The notes beneath the pieces are model-generated. The model ran no database searches. It had not been told where the DNA came from and worked only from the letters and a program-made list of their open reading frames with translations. A stretch of DNA of 63,382 bases, the filler included, from Collodictyon triciliatum (taxonomy: Eukaryota), in the NCBI GenBank assembly GCA_043381765.1. It is 6 parts of 6 records of this genome, joined end to end, with 100 filler letters (N's around TTAATTAATTAA, not from the genome) between each part and the next. Parts side by side here need not be neighbours in the genome. Positions count along the whole stretch, not along the records: positions 1 to 13,588 come from JBHJMP010001960.1; positions 13,689 to 27,273 come from JBHJMP010001961.1; 4 more parts are not named here. One strand, given 5' to 3'. Both the position numbers and the translations under genes were made by a program. This document shows, piece after piece, positions 1 through 14,520 of this stretch (positions are counted from its first letter, which is position 1; every line of letters starts with the position of its first letter).

Positions 1-99
1 GAAATAAAAAAGAAATAAAAAAGAAATAAAAAAGAAATAAAAAAGAAATAAAAAAGAAATAAAAAAGAAATAAAAAAGAAATAAAAAGAAATAAAAAAG
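1..99. repeat. (GAAATAAAAAA)n minisatellite
   Basis: Directly visible tandem 11-mer. Confidence 0.95.
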
Positions 100-236
100 A
101 TGATATTATATTTATCTAACTACATAGATAAATATAATATCAAAAGAAATAAAAAAGAGTAATTATGAAAAACACAAGACAGAAAACTTCATAAAAAACG
201 TGCGACACACCCAGCCCCGAAACGACCACTTCCGGA

Positions 237-3200
237 ATGAATGAATCTGGATTATATTGCACCCTTATTCTCCAACCAGAATCACACCCAGCCAATCCCA
301 AGCAAAAGAAAAGCGCAATTTCTTTTCCAGGTCATGCGGAACAGCGAAAACCTGGTCTGGATGCACTCCAACACTTAATAACACAGACACAGGAAACCTC
401 ATACTCAGTCGCCGGCCTCGAAAGTCGAGCAAAGACAACGGCCCAGATTTATCTTCCAGACATCACAGAGTCATATCCTCGAGCGAAGCCTGCCGAGTAA
501 TCCAGTCTTTTCTTTTAGCTTCCATTTGCGCCGTTCCAAACTGAGTGAGTCAGATGATCGCATTTGTTTCTGTATCCTATCGCCAGCCGATCGCCATATT
601 CAACACGTGGTTGATATATTGAATATAATAAACAAAATGAAGATGCTATTGACCTAGAGTTGTCAAATCACTTGGTTTCGGCCATGTCAGACTATGTTGA
701 TCAAACAGACGAAGTTGCTCAACACAAAGATGTTTTCCTTAAATCAGTAAAGCAGAATAAAAAAAAACAAACAAACAAAAACAAAAACAAAAACTGGACA
801 TTCGATCGTACATAGGAAATTGGAGAAAAGAAGCTGTACTTAACTTTTGCCAACTTTTGCACCCAGGCGGATGGACACAGCTCACCTGAAGACAAATTAT
901 GTGGCAACGAGCTTCCTTCCAAGAACAGTGCTTCTAAAACTTCACGAAGAAGGGTTCTCAGGCACACCTGAAGTTTTCAAATATGAGGGGGGTTTGTAAA
1001 AAAATAAAATAAAAAACTGTCCTGAATACTTAATTCATGATTTCTTTATCCTGAATTTTTCTTTTCATATCTCATCCCGAGTAAGTCACATAAAGTGCTT
1101 TTTTTTTTGTATAAACAAAAATGTAAGCCACAAAACGTAATTCTCTTCGTTATTTAATGCACAGTGACCGCTCTGATCGATATTAGTGGGTTCACAAAGC
1201 TAAGTGAAAGACTTAAACAGTTGGGTGCCAAGGGACTTGAAACTATTACAAAGTAAGTATTCGCGTAATTATCGGTCAAGTAAACATGATGTTCTGTTGT
1301 TCGCCTTCTCTTTTCACCCAATAATATCTCACAAATGTATTGTTTAAAAATTACTTATTTGATAATATTATTACAGAATATTGAATAACTTCTTCAGTAA
1401 TATATTCGAAATAATAGAGACTTATGGAGGAGATAGTAAGTTTATTGCCTTTTTTAAATAAAAACAATCGTAGCTCAGGCATGATTCCTTTATAGAATAT
1501 GCTTTTAAATGTGCCACATAATAAATTCCTTTTTTATAATATCTTCTTTTTCTTTACTTGGGGATAGTCGTCAAGATTGCTGGGGATGCTGTGATTGTTG
1601 TATGGAAAATCGACACGACTAAAACAACTAAAATAATGAGGACGTACGATTTTCATGGCATGAAAGTCCCCGTAACAATGTATCATTGCAAAGACACAAG
1701 ATGTGCCGTATTTCAAGCGGTTGCATGTTGTATGAAATGCGCAGAGCTAGTTCGAGAATACAAAGACCCAGGAAACAACTTAAATGGTCAAGAGCTAAGG
1801 CTGCACTGTGGAATAAGCACAGGCATATTGTATGATGTAATATGTGGAGGTTTTTTTTTTTATTAAAAATATCAATCTGATGGCATCTTTTTTATGTTGA
1901 GATAATATAATTATTACTCCTCGAATGCACTTTGAATCGAATAAATGGGAAAAAAAAAAACATGCCCTGAATACAATTACTTATCTTTTCTACTTCAATG
2001 CATATGACAAAGCACGGTATTTTATGAATAATACATATTTTAAATTGATAAATAGGCTATAAAGGGAACTGGGAATACATCATGTGCGGCGATGAAGTTT
2101 TTAAAGGGATCTCACTCACAGTGTCAAGCTCCATGTCAGGACAAGTATGTATGACCCAGTCATCTTGGGATAAATTTCCTGGACGGGACTGCAGTTTTTC
2201 TGAACTGATATACGAATCAAAGGTAGATCCTTACAAAAAATTTATTATGAAACGGCTTCGGCACCTTTGCATCTATCTGAGTAAAATTTATTACATAGTT
2301 GGTAGACGGAGAAAGAGTTCATTTACTGTCAAGCTCAAAATCAGGTTTCATACAGGATGAAATGAATTCAAATTAGCTGTTACATACTAAATTCAAATGT
2401 AGGAAACCATAGCCAGCCCGATGATTTGCTATTGCACGGAAAAACATCCACATCTGCTTATAGGGTTTCTGACTATTACAAAGCCTCATATACCATACTG
2501 ACTTACTAAAATGATCGTTTTTAAGCATTGGGCGAGCCCTTTTGTAACAGATGAAAAAATGATGAATCTCGTTGTGCATTTGCTTCCGCCTCTCGTTAGA
2601 CAAAGGATGCTTGACAATAGGTCAAAAAATCACCCAGAGCTGAGAAAAGCTTGCATTCTATTCGTAATGTTTTTAAATATGTTGAGCTACACAATATTTT
2701 ACAAATTATGCGGAAAATAAATTATCTGAATCACATATTGTGATATGATAATACTTCTAATAGCATGAACGGGATAATTGACAAACAAAATCCTATTTGA
2801 ACAAATAAAATCATTAGAAAAATAAAGGCAAGAGTGAAGTTAATTTTGTTGGTTTCTCTCATCTATAGGTAGGGATACAATCAATTGCTTTTACAAACGA
2901 AAAGTCTATGGAGAAGTTGCACATTATTCTCAATATAATTCAAAGAATTACGTACGACTCTGAAGGACACATTAGACAGTTCCTTAACGTATACAATTGA
3001 TTTCATAATCGATGAATCAATCATGTCTCAACAATTAATGGAATTCCGCTATATCTCAAAAATTTTAAACATTTATTTCAAAAGGATGACAAAGGTTGCG
3101 TTGCCATAGTAGTATTTGGTGCTCCAGGAAACAGCCGAGAAGGTAAGCAAGCGAGTCAAGTTGGAGATGCATTTTCATAATTTTCTCTTGTTTTGATTTT

Positions 3201-6200
3201 AAAAAAAATGATTATATAACATTCATTAACCATCATAAGATGACCCTGCCCGAGCAGCAGAAGCTGCTCTTAAAATCACGAATGAATTGTATAAGATAGG
3301 TTGGCCAATTACTTCTATCATTGTGAGAAAAAATTGTATCCAACACAAGTAATCAAATGATTGTAATTGATTTCAGGTGTTTCTGCATCTATTGGTTGTA
3401 CACAAGGAAAGGTCTATTTTGGCGATATTGGTAGTGCTACAAGAAGGTTTTTTTTATATAGAAATGTGGTATTGTGCTTTGTTGTTTCATCCTTTGGATA
3501 CAATAATTAATTATGATGTTTGTATCCAAAAAAAAACGCAATTTTAATAAATATTTTCGACCACCTTAACAGGGAATACGCTTTGGTTGGGGGTATTAAT
3601 GAATTACTATGCTATTTCATTATTATTTTTTTAGAATTTAATTATTATAAATAATGCCTTCACTCCACGGTCCTGCACAAAATTGAAAGGAGGAATAAAA
3701 AAAATGCCTTCACAACTTAATTCTTGTACCAAAATATCATGGCTACAATCTAGATAGTGTAAACTTCGCCGCACACATAATGAATCTTAAGAAAGGCCTG
3801 CTATTCAGTAGCGAGTATCAAGATTCAGCCAGACGAGTGGCAAACTTTCTCCCAATAGAACAGGTTAAAATAAAAGGTAGATTACTATTATTCTTTCAAT
3901 GGTTGATTCCAAAATAGTTGTCCTTTTTCTAAGTATATTTACTTAAAAAAATATACCTAGCAATAAGGTAGTAATTAGCTAATATGATCAAATAATAAAA
4001 TGCAACTGGTTCAAAGCCAATAATCAAACAATAAGGTTCCTGAGTATTAATTTACTCAGTTAAATGATGACTTTTTTTTCGTTTTCTTCTTCCTCGCCCA
4101 AAATCTAGGAAAACCGGAACTAGTACGCCTCTACATAGGTGCTCTTAAGCAAAAAGAGGATATAACATTTACAGATATAGATTCCACCATGATATACGAA
4201 GGGGAATACCTAAAAAAAGTTTATATTCCATTGGGATTGGAGGCGGAGATTGAATTAGTGCTGCAGATACTTCGAGATTCTGAGTGCTGTTTGAGTGCAA
4301 GGTATATTTGTTATTAGCAAGTTAATCAACACTGAAACATGAATTCAAAGAATATATTTGAACAATAGTAATAACTATGTAAACGTAATGTGGAAATTCA
4401 TTTATTTTTTTCTAAAAAAAAAATCAAAATTCAGGTCGACTTGCTCTCACCCTAAGGTATTTACTTTAGCTTTTTATTCTTTAATTTATCATCCTGTCTT
4501 GAAGATTTTGGGTATAATACCTTAAATATCTGTAAGAATGCTTAATTTAAGAATTTGTAAGTAAGCAGATGAAATTTCATTTAGAGCCTTGTCATTTCTG
4601 GACCACCTGGTTCTGGGAAATCCTTGTTCATAAGGCATGCCCTATCCCTGGCAAAAAGTTTCAATAGAAATACACTTTACTTTCATGTCACACCTTCTAT
4701 GAAAGAGTCCCCTTTTCAGAGTTGGATAATTTTTTTCAAAAAGTACAAAATCATGTTCAAAATTGAGGAAGAATTGACTGCGCTGCAAGTATTTTATATT
4801 TATTAAAGATAAATTATGATAGCGTTTAGATTTATACAGTAAATATTATTTTTTTCGAAAAGGAATCGCTGAAGCAAATCAAAGAGACAAGTATTTCTGG
4901 AGTTCACAATACAGGAGCCACTAGGTCATTAAAAGTCTCCATGGAAATCATGATATTTACTCTTAACTACATCTTGGATCGAGCTCCTGGATGCTTTTTA
5001 CAGAATCTTAGTGCCATACCAAATTCCAAAATTCAAGAAAACCAAATGATACTCTTTGATAAATTGTTAAATAAAGAGCATCATGGATCAAACTTACTTA
5101 TTGCTTTTGATGATGCCCATTAGTAAGTAATTACATAAACAAAATCAAAAATCAAAAATCAAAAATCAAAAATCAAAAATCAAAAATCAAAAATCAAAAA
5201 TCAAAAATCAAAAATCAAAAATCAAAAATCAAAAATCAAACCAATAACGAATAGAGAATGATTTTTTCAATTATTCGATTAACAACTAGCGTATGATGAA
5301 AAGTCATAATTTTTATAGAATTTAGCGGGAAAAAAAATTATTGATCAAACATCAAAGGAATAAACAAAATGGCCAATAAATTAAGAAAAACATAAACAAA
5401 AAACCACATCATAATTTGAGTAATTACTTTTTTGAATTAATTACAAAATTTACCTCCCTTCTCATTAGTATGGATCCGCTCTCAATTACTTATGCAAGGA
5501 ATGTATGCCAAAGCTCATGTTCCACTCTGTTGCTATTTTCTTCTGGAATTATTGATTACTCGGATAAATCAAATCTTTCCGAAATACAATATTTCCGAGA
5601 GACTTGCGAAACGGTGTTCCTACGTGAATTATCTAAAGAGATATCTTGCAAAATTGTGTGTGAGTTATTTGATACAGAAAAAGTTGATGCCTCTTTACAG
5701 GATGTGATTTACAAGAGAACGAGGGGGTCCCCATACTTAATCCGCGGTGATAGTTCGTATAATGACCAATTCTGTCTTCTATTTTTTTTTTCATTATGGG
5801 ATTATGATATATCTTTTCAAAGATTATACATGGCTATAAAATTTTAATACTCGTCAATCTTCAGAATATTGTCTTTTCCTCTTGGCGAGTCGAATCCTCA
5901 TACAGTTAGATGATACCATCAAATTACCTCCGCATTATAAAGAGGATATGCTAGTTCCTCAAAATGAAGAAGCATTGGTATATATCTCCACTTTTTCATG
6001 CTATGAATATTATTGTAATAATATATACCGACATCAAATTTATCGTTATTTTACGGTTTTTCATAGATAGTGCAAAAGTATGATAAAATTTCGCACAATG
6101 CCCAAATCTCTATTAAAATGGCTAGGTATATTCTTGATTATATGCTTTGCTTATACAAAAAAGGCTATAATAAATTGATTAAATCTCATATTTATGAAAA

Positions 6201-9200
6201 TGGAAAACTAATTGAAGAGAAAAATAAAAATGTTCGAATTTTAGTTTGGAGACCTATTTTTTTTTTAAAATTTTTTTTCGTACAGTATTATAGGCACACA
6301 CTTCAGCATGGAAGACCTTATAGTGTTAAGTGATTCAAAAAATGCTGAAGAAATTCATGAGAACCTAATTGAAAGTGAGGCGAAAGGACTTATCAAGATT
6401 CTTGACGACACGTATAAAGTGTATGCTTTCGGAAATAGCATAACACGAGATTGTATTTGTAAGTCATGCTGCGGAAATCAACAGGTCATCAATATGAACG
6501 TATTATGTGGGAACCGATGAATATAAAGCTGAACCATATCTCCATTACCAAACAGATCAAATGCTCACCACTCAGGATCGAAAGAATCTACACTTGGAAT
6601 ATGTTAAGTCACTTGAAAAAAGAAGGGACAGACATAATCTGATATCTGCTTTGGCGTATCACTGGTTCCAGGCCGAAAATTATATAGTTTCGATGGGTAA
6701 TGACTTATTTACATCAAAAGCGATGACCTAATGCAATTTACCATCATTATTTTTTTCAGAGTATTACTGCCTTATGGGCGACTTTAACTTTCAACAATCG
6801 AAATTTTTGGAAGCAATAAAGGTAAGAACATGAACATTTGAATTGAATAAATAGGGGAAAAAAAAAGAAGGAAATAATCTATGTTCTCTTAAAATTCATA
6901 ATAGTAGAGCAAATACATCTCATGATTTCGATAAAGTAGGACTGGTAAGAAGTTTACAAGATGCAATTTTTTTAAAAGTCGTATAGGAGCTCCTTGCAAG
7001 CAGCGTGTAACTCAAACATCGAAGTAAAAATGGACAACCTTCTCAAAATTCACTATTACATATCTGAATGTCTATATATGGCTGGAGATATTTTGGAGGC
7101 CAAGAGGTACCGTTACTTTTAGATACCAATGCGCCACTCAATCTAAAATATTAGAATTGAGCATATTTTAAAATCGATCTGTATGCGCGTAGGGAATTTG
7201 AGCAATTACTAGATATTGCTGGAAAAAGAGAAACACGAAGACATGTTATCTTTAAAGAAGCCATTAAGTTCCGAACAATAGGGAAAGTAGATCGCTTTGT
7301 TTACAACATCAAAAGGGCATTTCCCTCTTCTCCTTCCATTTTACCGACAAACGTCGATGTGTTGCCGTCTATGCCTCGTGGTCGCAATGTGCAGTTGACC
7401 ACTGGATGGGCTAGTATTAGGTTATTTGTCATGAGCCCGATGAATCGAAACACAGACATGCTTATTGATGAATACGTGGCCCAAGGTGTAAGAGGGGCAT
7501 CATCAATGGACACGACAACATATGGTTTAGTGTGTTGCTTATCATATTTGCGCCTGTCTTTTGTTAGCTATGTGGAAGGAGACACAAATATTTGTATCTT
7601 TTACTTAAAAAGAGCCATGGAAATATCAAATAAAATTAATGTGCCAAGCCTGCACGCCAAGGTACATGGACAGATTGCCGTTTTTTACAGGCTGTGTGGT
7701 AATTTGAAGCAGATGAGGTAAATGTTTTACTTTGAAGAAACAATCATTCATATCTTCTCAAATCATTCAAAAAAAGGAGCATGGGCCAGTAAAGTTTGTA
7801 AATTAATTTTTTTAAATAAAGGGGGATATTATACATTTTTCAATATTTAGGTTTCATGTATGTAAGGCTGAGCAGGCTATACTACAAATAATCGAGAAAC
7901 CTAGGTTTCAATTATTTTTATTTCACATAAACTGTCTGGATCATTATTGAAGAATACACTCGCTCTCCACAGGTTTTTATCTGATGGTGCTGATGCGTAT
8001 TTGCACTTGATAATTTGTGACTTTTTGTCTGCTTCATTTGATGGTTGTTGTGATAAGATTGAAAAAGCTACTTATATGGTGGCTTCATCTGGTGATTTGA
8101 ACAAAAAGGTGAGTTCCTCTATTGCATCCGAAGAGCGCGTACATTTTTGAAACACGATGAATCTTGATATACAGGGTGGTAACAATAAGGCTAATTATAT
8201 AACAATAGGTTGAAATTTTATCCATCAGCTCATTCGTGTATGCGATGATTGGTCCTGTGTATACTTGCCAAAGAATTACCAACGAATTGCAATATACATT
8301 ATCAAATCTACTCAATCAGAGCTTCGTATACTTGGCTCTTATATTGGATTGCCTTGTGCACTTACGTTTTAAACATAAAAGTGATATTTCTCTGAAAAAC
8401 AGGCAAATTTTTCTCAAGAATGAGACCATCATATGTAACAATATTATGTTTCTAAAATTAAAATCATCTCATCAACTAATATGTGTCACTTACATATGTA
8501 TCATTTCAGATTATGGAAATCGATTACTTCGGCAAAAAAGAACAAATACGGTTCCAACATCGAATATTCTTGTTTATTCTCAGTTTATTCGATAGTTACA
8601 TTCCATCCTTACTGGGGACTTGAGGTAAACCTAAGTTCAACAATTGTGATATCTATGTCAAATTTAAGTATAGTAGCGATTGTAATACGTACGATAATAT
8701 GATGGAACATATTGAAATCTTCAAAAAGGTATCAAGTTTGCTTCTTTCTAGTGAATGGGAATCACCTCAGCTAGCATTTGGATGTTACCTAAATCTGTGT
8801 TCTATTATTCAATACTATATGTTCGACGAACAAAGGAGAAGAAAAATTGATGAGGCTTTCAAGTCAGCCAAAGAGTTTCCTGGTGCAGGGGTAGTTCATA
8901 ACTCAACTTTTGGCTCCTCTGTTCATCAGGGGTTATCTTGGGGTGATGCTGATGTTGTTTGCAATCTCATCAAATGCCTCATCAGCAAATTGGAGAGTTT
9001 CTCTAGGCGCTACTCACCATTTATCCCTTTGTATCATCGCTCTAACGGATACGTACATGTTCTTCGTGGGGATTACGAAAATGCCAGGAAACATTTCCTG
9101 AGGTATTTAGTTTTCTATTCATTATCCCGCATTAATGCCGCTATCAACAAATCAACCACACACCCCAACTCGAAAAATGTAATCAAATCTAAAAAAAAAA

Positions 9201-9535
9201 AAAAAAAACTAATTTAAAAATATCCGTGAAGAGCAATAAGCGTGTCTCAAAGCCAGAGGAGCTTCTACGAAACCTACTCAGCTGTGTTTGCACTCGAAAA
9301 ATTGAGCGAAATATATGGGTCACCGAGCGACGAGTGCGAGATTCCTAGCCACCACATCAATATTCACTTCTTTAATTTCTTTCTTGTTTCCTCTTAGTTG
9401 ACTATGTAAAGTACTAATTCCACTATTCTCATCGCCCCCTTCAGCTCTCACCCAACCCTCAAGAAGATTGCCGAAGACCTCGCTTGGTTCGAAATGGAAC
9501 AAGATGGCCTACAAGACGCCGTCATTCTTGTGTAA
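237..9535 (+). CDS. Soluble adenylyl cyclase (sAC/ADCY10)-like class III nucleotidyl cyclase: C1+C2 domains, P-loop NTPase, helical/TPR-like C-terminus; multi-exon, 5' end uncertain
   Basis: Spliced GT-AG exons give C1 motifs ATSFLPRTV (~910), VTALIDISGFTKLSERL (1164), YGGDI|VKIAGDAVIVVW (1425/1568) and LRLHCGISTG. C2 motifs: ELRKACILFV (2637), RQFLN|DDKGCVAIVVFGAPG, DDPARA, IGCTQGKVYFGDIGSATRR|EYALVG|DSVNFAAHIM. Walker A GPPGSGKS (~4600), Walker B LLIAFDDAH (~5095), TRGSPY (~5720). Stop TAA at 9533-9535. Exons upstream of ~867 are not resolved. Confidence 0.9.
5141..5240. repeat. (AAAATC)n intronic microsatellite
   Basis: Directly visible. Confidence 0.95.
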
Positions 9536-9979
9536 ATCGAAGATATTTGATTAAAATCAGTAGACTGTTGCACGCCAGGAAAAAAAAAACAATATGATTC
9601 TAAACTACGTCTCCATACCGGGCATTTAGTTTGTACTAAAAAAAAAAAGAAAAGAAAAAGAAATAGGATACTATAAAGGATATACCCCCCGAAGACCAAC
9701 TTGAGATGTTGCCATACACGCGTGTTGTTGTTGTCAGCGAGTACTGACAAATCATACCAAATACAAAATTTTCCTCATACCAAAATAGATACCGTTACTC
9801 CACATATAGACGCGTTTTGCTTCGCTTCTGCGGTCTGATCGTTTCGTTGAGGAAGGCAGATGAAATCAAAGCTCGTCAAGGAAGAAACCCGATGCGTTGC
9901 GGGCGCTTAAGAATCGCTTCGACTGAGCGAGCGAGAAGGAGAGACTATTTTGTAACCAAAAGAATCACCTGTTTGACAG

Positions 9980-12900
9980 ATGCACTCCAGATCAAGCTCC
10001 AGTGTCGACTACACAGATCTCCTTCGCCCACCAGCGTCGTTTAGCAAAGCAGGAAAGGCTTCCAAGGCGCTTTTTCTTGGGCAGAAGCACCACTGTTTGT
10101 CTTTCTTTAGATCTCTCTCTCTCGCTCGCAGGATAACATTGTGTTTTTTGTTTTGTTTTTTTTTTAAAAAAAGAAGATCCTATGCAAAATGAAAGAAAGA
10201 AAGAAAGAAAAGAAGGTAAAAACAAATGAAGACAAGTAAAAATAACAATTAAAAACACCGCTCAAGATGAAAGCCAGGCAACGAAAAAGGTGGCCAAGGT
10301 TGACTTCAAACCTGAGGCAGAGTCACAATACAATACAAAAACAGCTAAAAGCGCTTCTTCCACTGCTCCAGTTGAGGATCGGTATATGTTGCCCCTTTTT
10401 TGTTTTCAATTTTTTTTTATCTATTATTAATTTTAGCTGTCTTTGTCTTTGCTTCGGGGGTTATTGAGTTTATGCAAATGATCAAACAGAGGCCGAGATC
10501 AAGTAATGAGCTCATCACCACGATATCAACTCGAGTGGGATTTTGCGCAGGTTTTTCTTAAAGATTAACTTGATCGCTCACAACATTCAGCTTTAACCTG
10601 CTCAACCATTTTCCCTCGATTATAAATATTTGTCTATGTTCGATTATTGAAAACGTAACATATACCATTAAGGATTCATTACTTGTTCCAAGGATGGATG
10701 AAAAGTCTTCCTCAGGTTCATTTTTATCATCTATTGCCAAATCAATTCATGATATATTTCTTGCATTTTTAAAACTTCATTTTCTATTTCATACTAATCT
10801 ATAATAATGATTTTTTTATTTATCAATCCCACCCTAATTCATATAATTCTGTTAAGGCGGGCAGCCTCCTTGGGATCGACTGTACGAGTACAGTACTGGT
10901 GCTCGCTTTAAAAAGATGATTCGTTCACGAGATACACGCAAAGATATTGATGTATGTATCTATTAGATGTATATAGGCAACAAAGGAACATCAAATTCAG
11001 AGACATACGTGAATTATACTAATCATTCTTTAATTTTTTTCTAGGAACAAGAACAAAGCTCAGGGGACGATGGCGACTTCAACGAAAAGCTTCAGAAGCC
11101 TGCCTTGTCAAACTCGTCCCATATTCGGTCACAGACAGCAAAAATCAATCCGTCGTCCAGCTTTGCAGCTCCAGATCGATGGAAAGAAGAGCCCAAGTTT
11201 ACCCCGCCACCAGTGGGGCATTATCGCCTTCGTCATGCTGTGACAGAACCAAGGTACATGCCTTTCTTACACAGGCATCAAAGCATTGACACTCGTTAAG
11301 AAAAAAGAAAAAGAAAAAGAAAAAGAAAAAGAAAAAGAAAAAGAAAAAGAAAAAGAAAAAAGAAAAGAAAAAAGAAAAGAAAAGGGAATATCCCCGTCAG
11401 AATTATTCATAATAGCTGAAACTTTCGAATAGGCCAAAATCGGCTGATTTTCAACAGCGCGTAAAGTCTGTTTCACGGTTAAAGACATTTACCACCGACG
11501 GTTCTGTGCAGCATGATGATGAGGACGAGGATGAGTATACTGGTATATAATATTGCATCTTTTCATAAAGTCATCAGCTTCTGCTGAACCTTATCACGAA
11601 TAGATCATAAATCAACACATCCATATGTCCAAAATGAATATTAATATGTATGCTTAAATATAGTTAATAATACAGCGCTTGATACGTCAGAGGTTCGCTA
11701 TTTTGTTCAATATTTGCATACAATTTGGAAATAAAGTCTTTAATTGATCAAGTGACACATGAGATGTATCAACATATATATATGCAAATACTAATTTATC
11801 GTAACAGTTGCCAGGCGAATTACTACAACATAACGGTGATGCTGCCGTAAAATCTGGTAAGCCCATTTTACCACAAAATTCATTTATGCACATTTTATCC
11901 CTTTAATTCCATTGAACTATGATAATAAATTGATCTGATTATCAAATAGGAAATGGTGCTGCTGTCCCTGACGACCCAAATGACGAAGTGTGTAGCTCAA
12001 CTCTTTCAAAAATTCATCTAGCCTCTAAACACTTCGCAGTCTGATACTGTGATACTTTTTCTTTCCCCTTTCTGCTCATATTCTGCTCTCTTCGTTTGTA
12101 CGCCACCCTTTTTCCTGACTACCAAACCCTCACCAAAAGGAAGTCGCTCGCCTCTTCATGAAACTCCCCAAAACCAACGCATGTGCGCATTCCTTCCGGT
12201 CAAAAGTTCCGCAGCGCCCTGTCACGCACTCCAGCACACCCGACCATTACGTACACAGTGTGGAATTGACCCATCCTAGTGTCCCATCACACACCGTCCC
12301 AAAAGCTGGCAAAGACAACCCCATGAGTAAGGCTCTCAGTTCATATTCATATATACTTACACTTGTGTGTGTACGTAAGTGGACGTAAAGAGCGATGGAC
12401 TCAATGTTATTTGCGCTTGTTTGCATCCGCGTGGCTTTTTAGTCGGTCGCCCGACTTCTGCGCCACCAGTCGATCTTGCTTCCTATCCCCACGGATCGGC
12501 CTATGACGTAAGCCATTCTCTCCAACGATTCCATTCATTAAAAGAATAGAGGGTAAACAAACGAGTAATAAATACTTTTAAACTTTTATTTCTTCAGAGA
12601 CATTTTCATATTCATTTTTTATATAAAAAACAAAACAATTAATAATTAACAAAAACGAACATAGCCTTTATTCTCATCTTTACTGAAAAAAATTCAGGTG
12701 AACATTGATGTTGTAAAACCAGCAAAAACAGGATTCGTAGACTTCAAACGGCACATTACAAGAGAAAAATGGACCCGAAGGAAAGAGCTCGAGGATACCC
12801 CAGTCGAGGTAAAGACAACTACTACGAAGCTATCTTGATTATAATGATTACCAATACATTGTTGGCACATATTCTACTTTGATCTTTTGTCATTTCATCC

Positions 12901-13483
12901 TGAAGCGATGCAACATCCGCCACATAGCTCCACCCAAACAAGATTGAAGGGCACACACCCGCCCCAAACTTTAGCAGAACCACATCCAGAGAGTCGGGGC
13001 GGCTGCCCAGAGACATGTCAGACTCGATTGTGGACCCTGTTGTTTCTTACAGCTACGAGAGTACGCACGGCTCTTAATATAATTCCCCAATCATCATCAT
13101 CACCATCATCACCATCATAATCATCATCATCACCATCATCACCATCATCAATTCCATTTCCATTTCTCTAATCACAAACATAGCGTCCAGAGACTACATC
13201 GGCCCGCGCACACAGACACCGAACCTGAGCAAGTCCACATCCCGCAAGTTCAGACCGCTTCCGCTTGTTGACAAGTATACACTTAATTCCCCTCACTAAT
13301 CCGCATCTGCGCAGCGGCATTGCCGATTGTGTTTCTCAATTCACTCCAATCTCTGTTCCGCAATTCCTTAACACACGTGCCACTTTCTTCCCCTTCTTGC
13401 AGAGTCTACGACGTGAACGAAGAGGCCTACTATCGAAGCAGGAAGAGCAACACACACGAATTTGGAAAGGCTCCTGGACACAA
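9980..13483 (+). CDS. Multi-exon Ser/Pro/Arg-rich repeat protein, possibly SHIPPO/sperm-tail PG-repeat-like (ciliary); 3' end lost at the segment break
   Basis: GT-AG bounded exons encode FTPPPVGHYRLRH (~11200), STPDHY (~12235), PHGSAYD|VNIDVVKP, TPAPNFSRTTSR (~12960), TPNLSKSTSRK and VYDVNEE. The repeated P-x-x-G-x-Y and P-N-(F/L)-S-x-x-T-S-R motifs are suggestive only. Confidence 0.45.
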
Positions 13484-13492
13484 GTAATACAC

Positions 13493-13588
13493 ATACATAC
13501 ATACATACATACATACATACATACATACATACATACATACATACATACATACATACATACATACATACATACATACATACATACATAC
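13493..13588. repeat. (ACAT)n microsatellite at a segment end
   Basis: Directly visible. Confidence 0.95.
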
Positions 13589-13688
13589 NNNNNNNNNNNN
13601 NNNNNNNNNNNNNNNNNNNNNNNNNNNNNNNNTTAATTAATTAANNNNNNNNNNNNNNNNNNNNNNNNNNNNNNNNNNNNNNNNNNNN
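13589..13688. other. Artificial contig-join linker N44-TTAATTAATTAA-N44
   Basis: Exact 100-bp spacer with stops in all six frames, repeated identically five times in the window. Confidence 0.97.
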
Positions 13689-13798
13689 TATTTTTATTTT
13701 TATTTTTATTTTTATTTTTATTTTTATTTTTATTTTTATTTTTATTTTTATTTTTATTTTTATTTTTATTTTTATTTTTATTTTTACTTTTATTTTTT
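13689..13798. repeat. (TATTTT)n microsatellite at a segment start
   Basis: Directly visible. Confidence 0.95.
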
Positions 13799-14520
13799 TA
13801 AAAGTTACATATGATCTTATTATAAAATCTGGATTAAAAACAATACTCTAGTAGATTACTGTTAGAAATCCCTTTTCTTTGTGAGTTATTTATCTCACAT
13901 TATCGTTAAATTCAATGGGCTTATTGATATTTTCCCTTTATATTTAGTTAAAAGAAAGGGTCTTATGATGATTATACCGCCCGTCCTAGTTGTTGCGCCT
14001 TGGTCGAGAGCATGAACGCGTTTTGGATACAGATGCAGGTCGGTTTGGTATAGAAACTAAATTCATGACTCATCTAGGTACATCTATTGTGGGTCGAGGA
14101 GACTTACAACCCTAAAGAGCTGCAACTATCAAATGCCGTGACCTGTATTCAATTCGAGGCCTAACTTCCGGCAAAGACGAAGCGATGCAACTTATTGATA
14201 TCAGACAATGGATGCGTAACCATCAAATGCAGCATGTGGAAGTCACTTGTCCTATTCTAAAAAGATAACATTCATTTTGTATATAATTCTACATTATGAT
14301 TTTTTTGTATTTTTATTTGATTGAATGCCGTTTGTCGATGATTAATCCACGTATTTGAAATGTGCTGGCTCGCTAAGACCTACTTCGCGAGTAACCTCAT
14401 TTCACCTTTTTGCAAAGCTCCGTTTAAATGCATTGTTAATAAATCATCCATATTATTATTTGTTCCACGATGTCGAATTCGAGGCGATTGTGGCCAGCTA
14501 ATAGACCCATACCCATGGCC

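Noticed and set aside
13633-13644. Recurrent palindrome TTAATTAATTAA as a biological motif (e.g. piggyBac TTAA site)
   Set aside because: It is always centred in N44 flanks and is a standard six-frame-stop assembly spacer.
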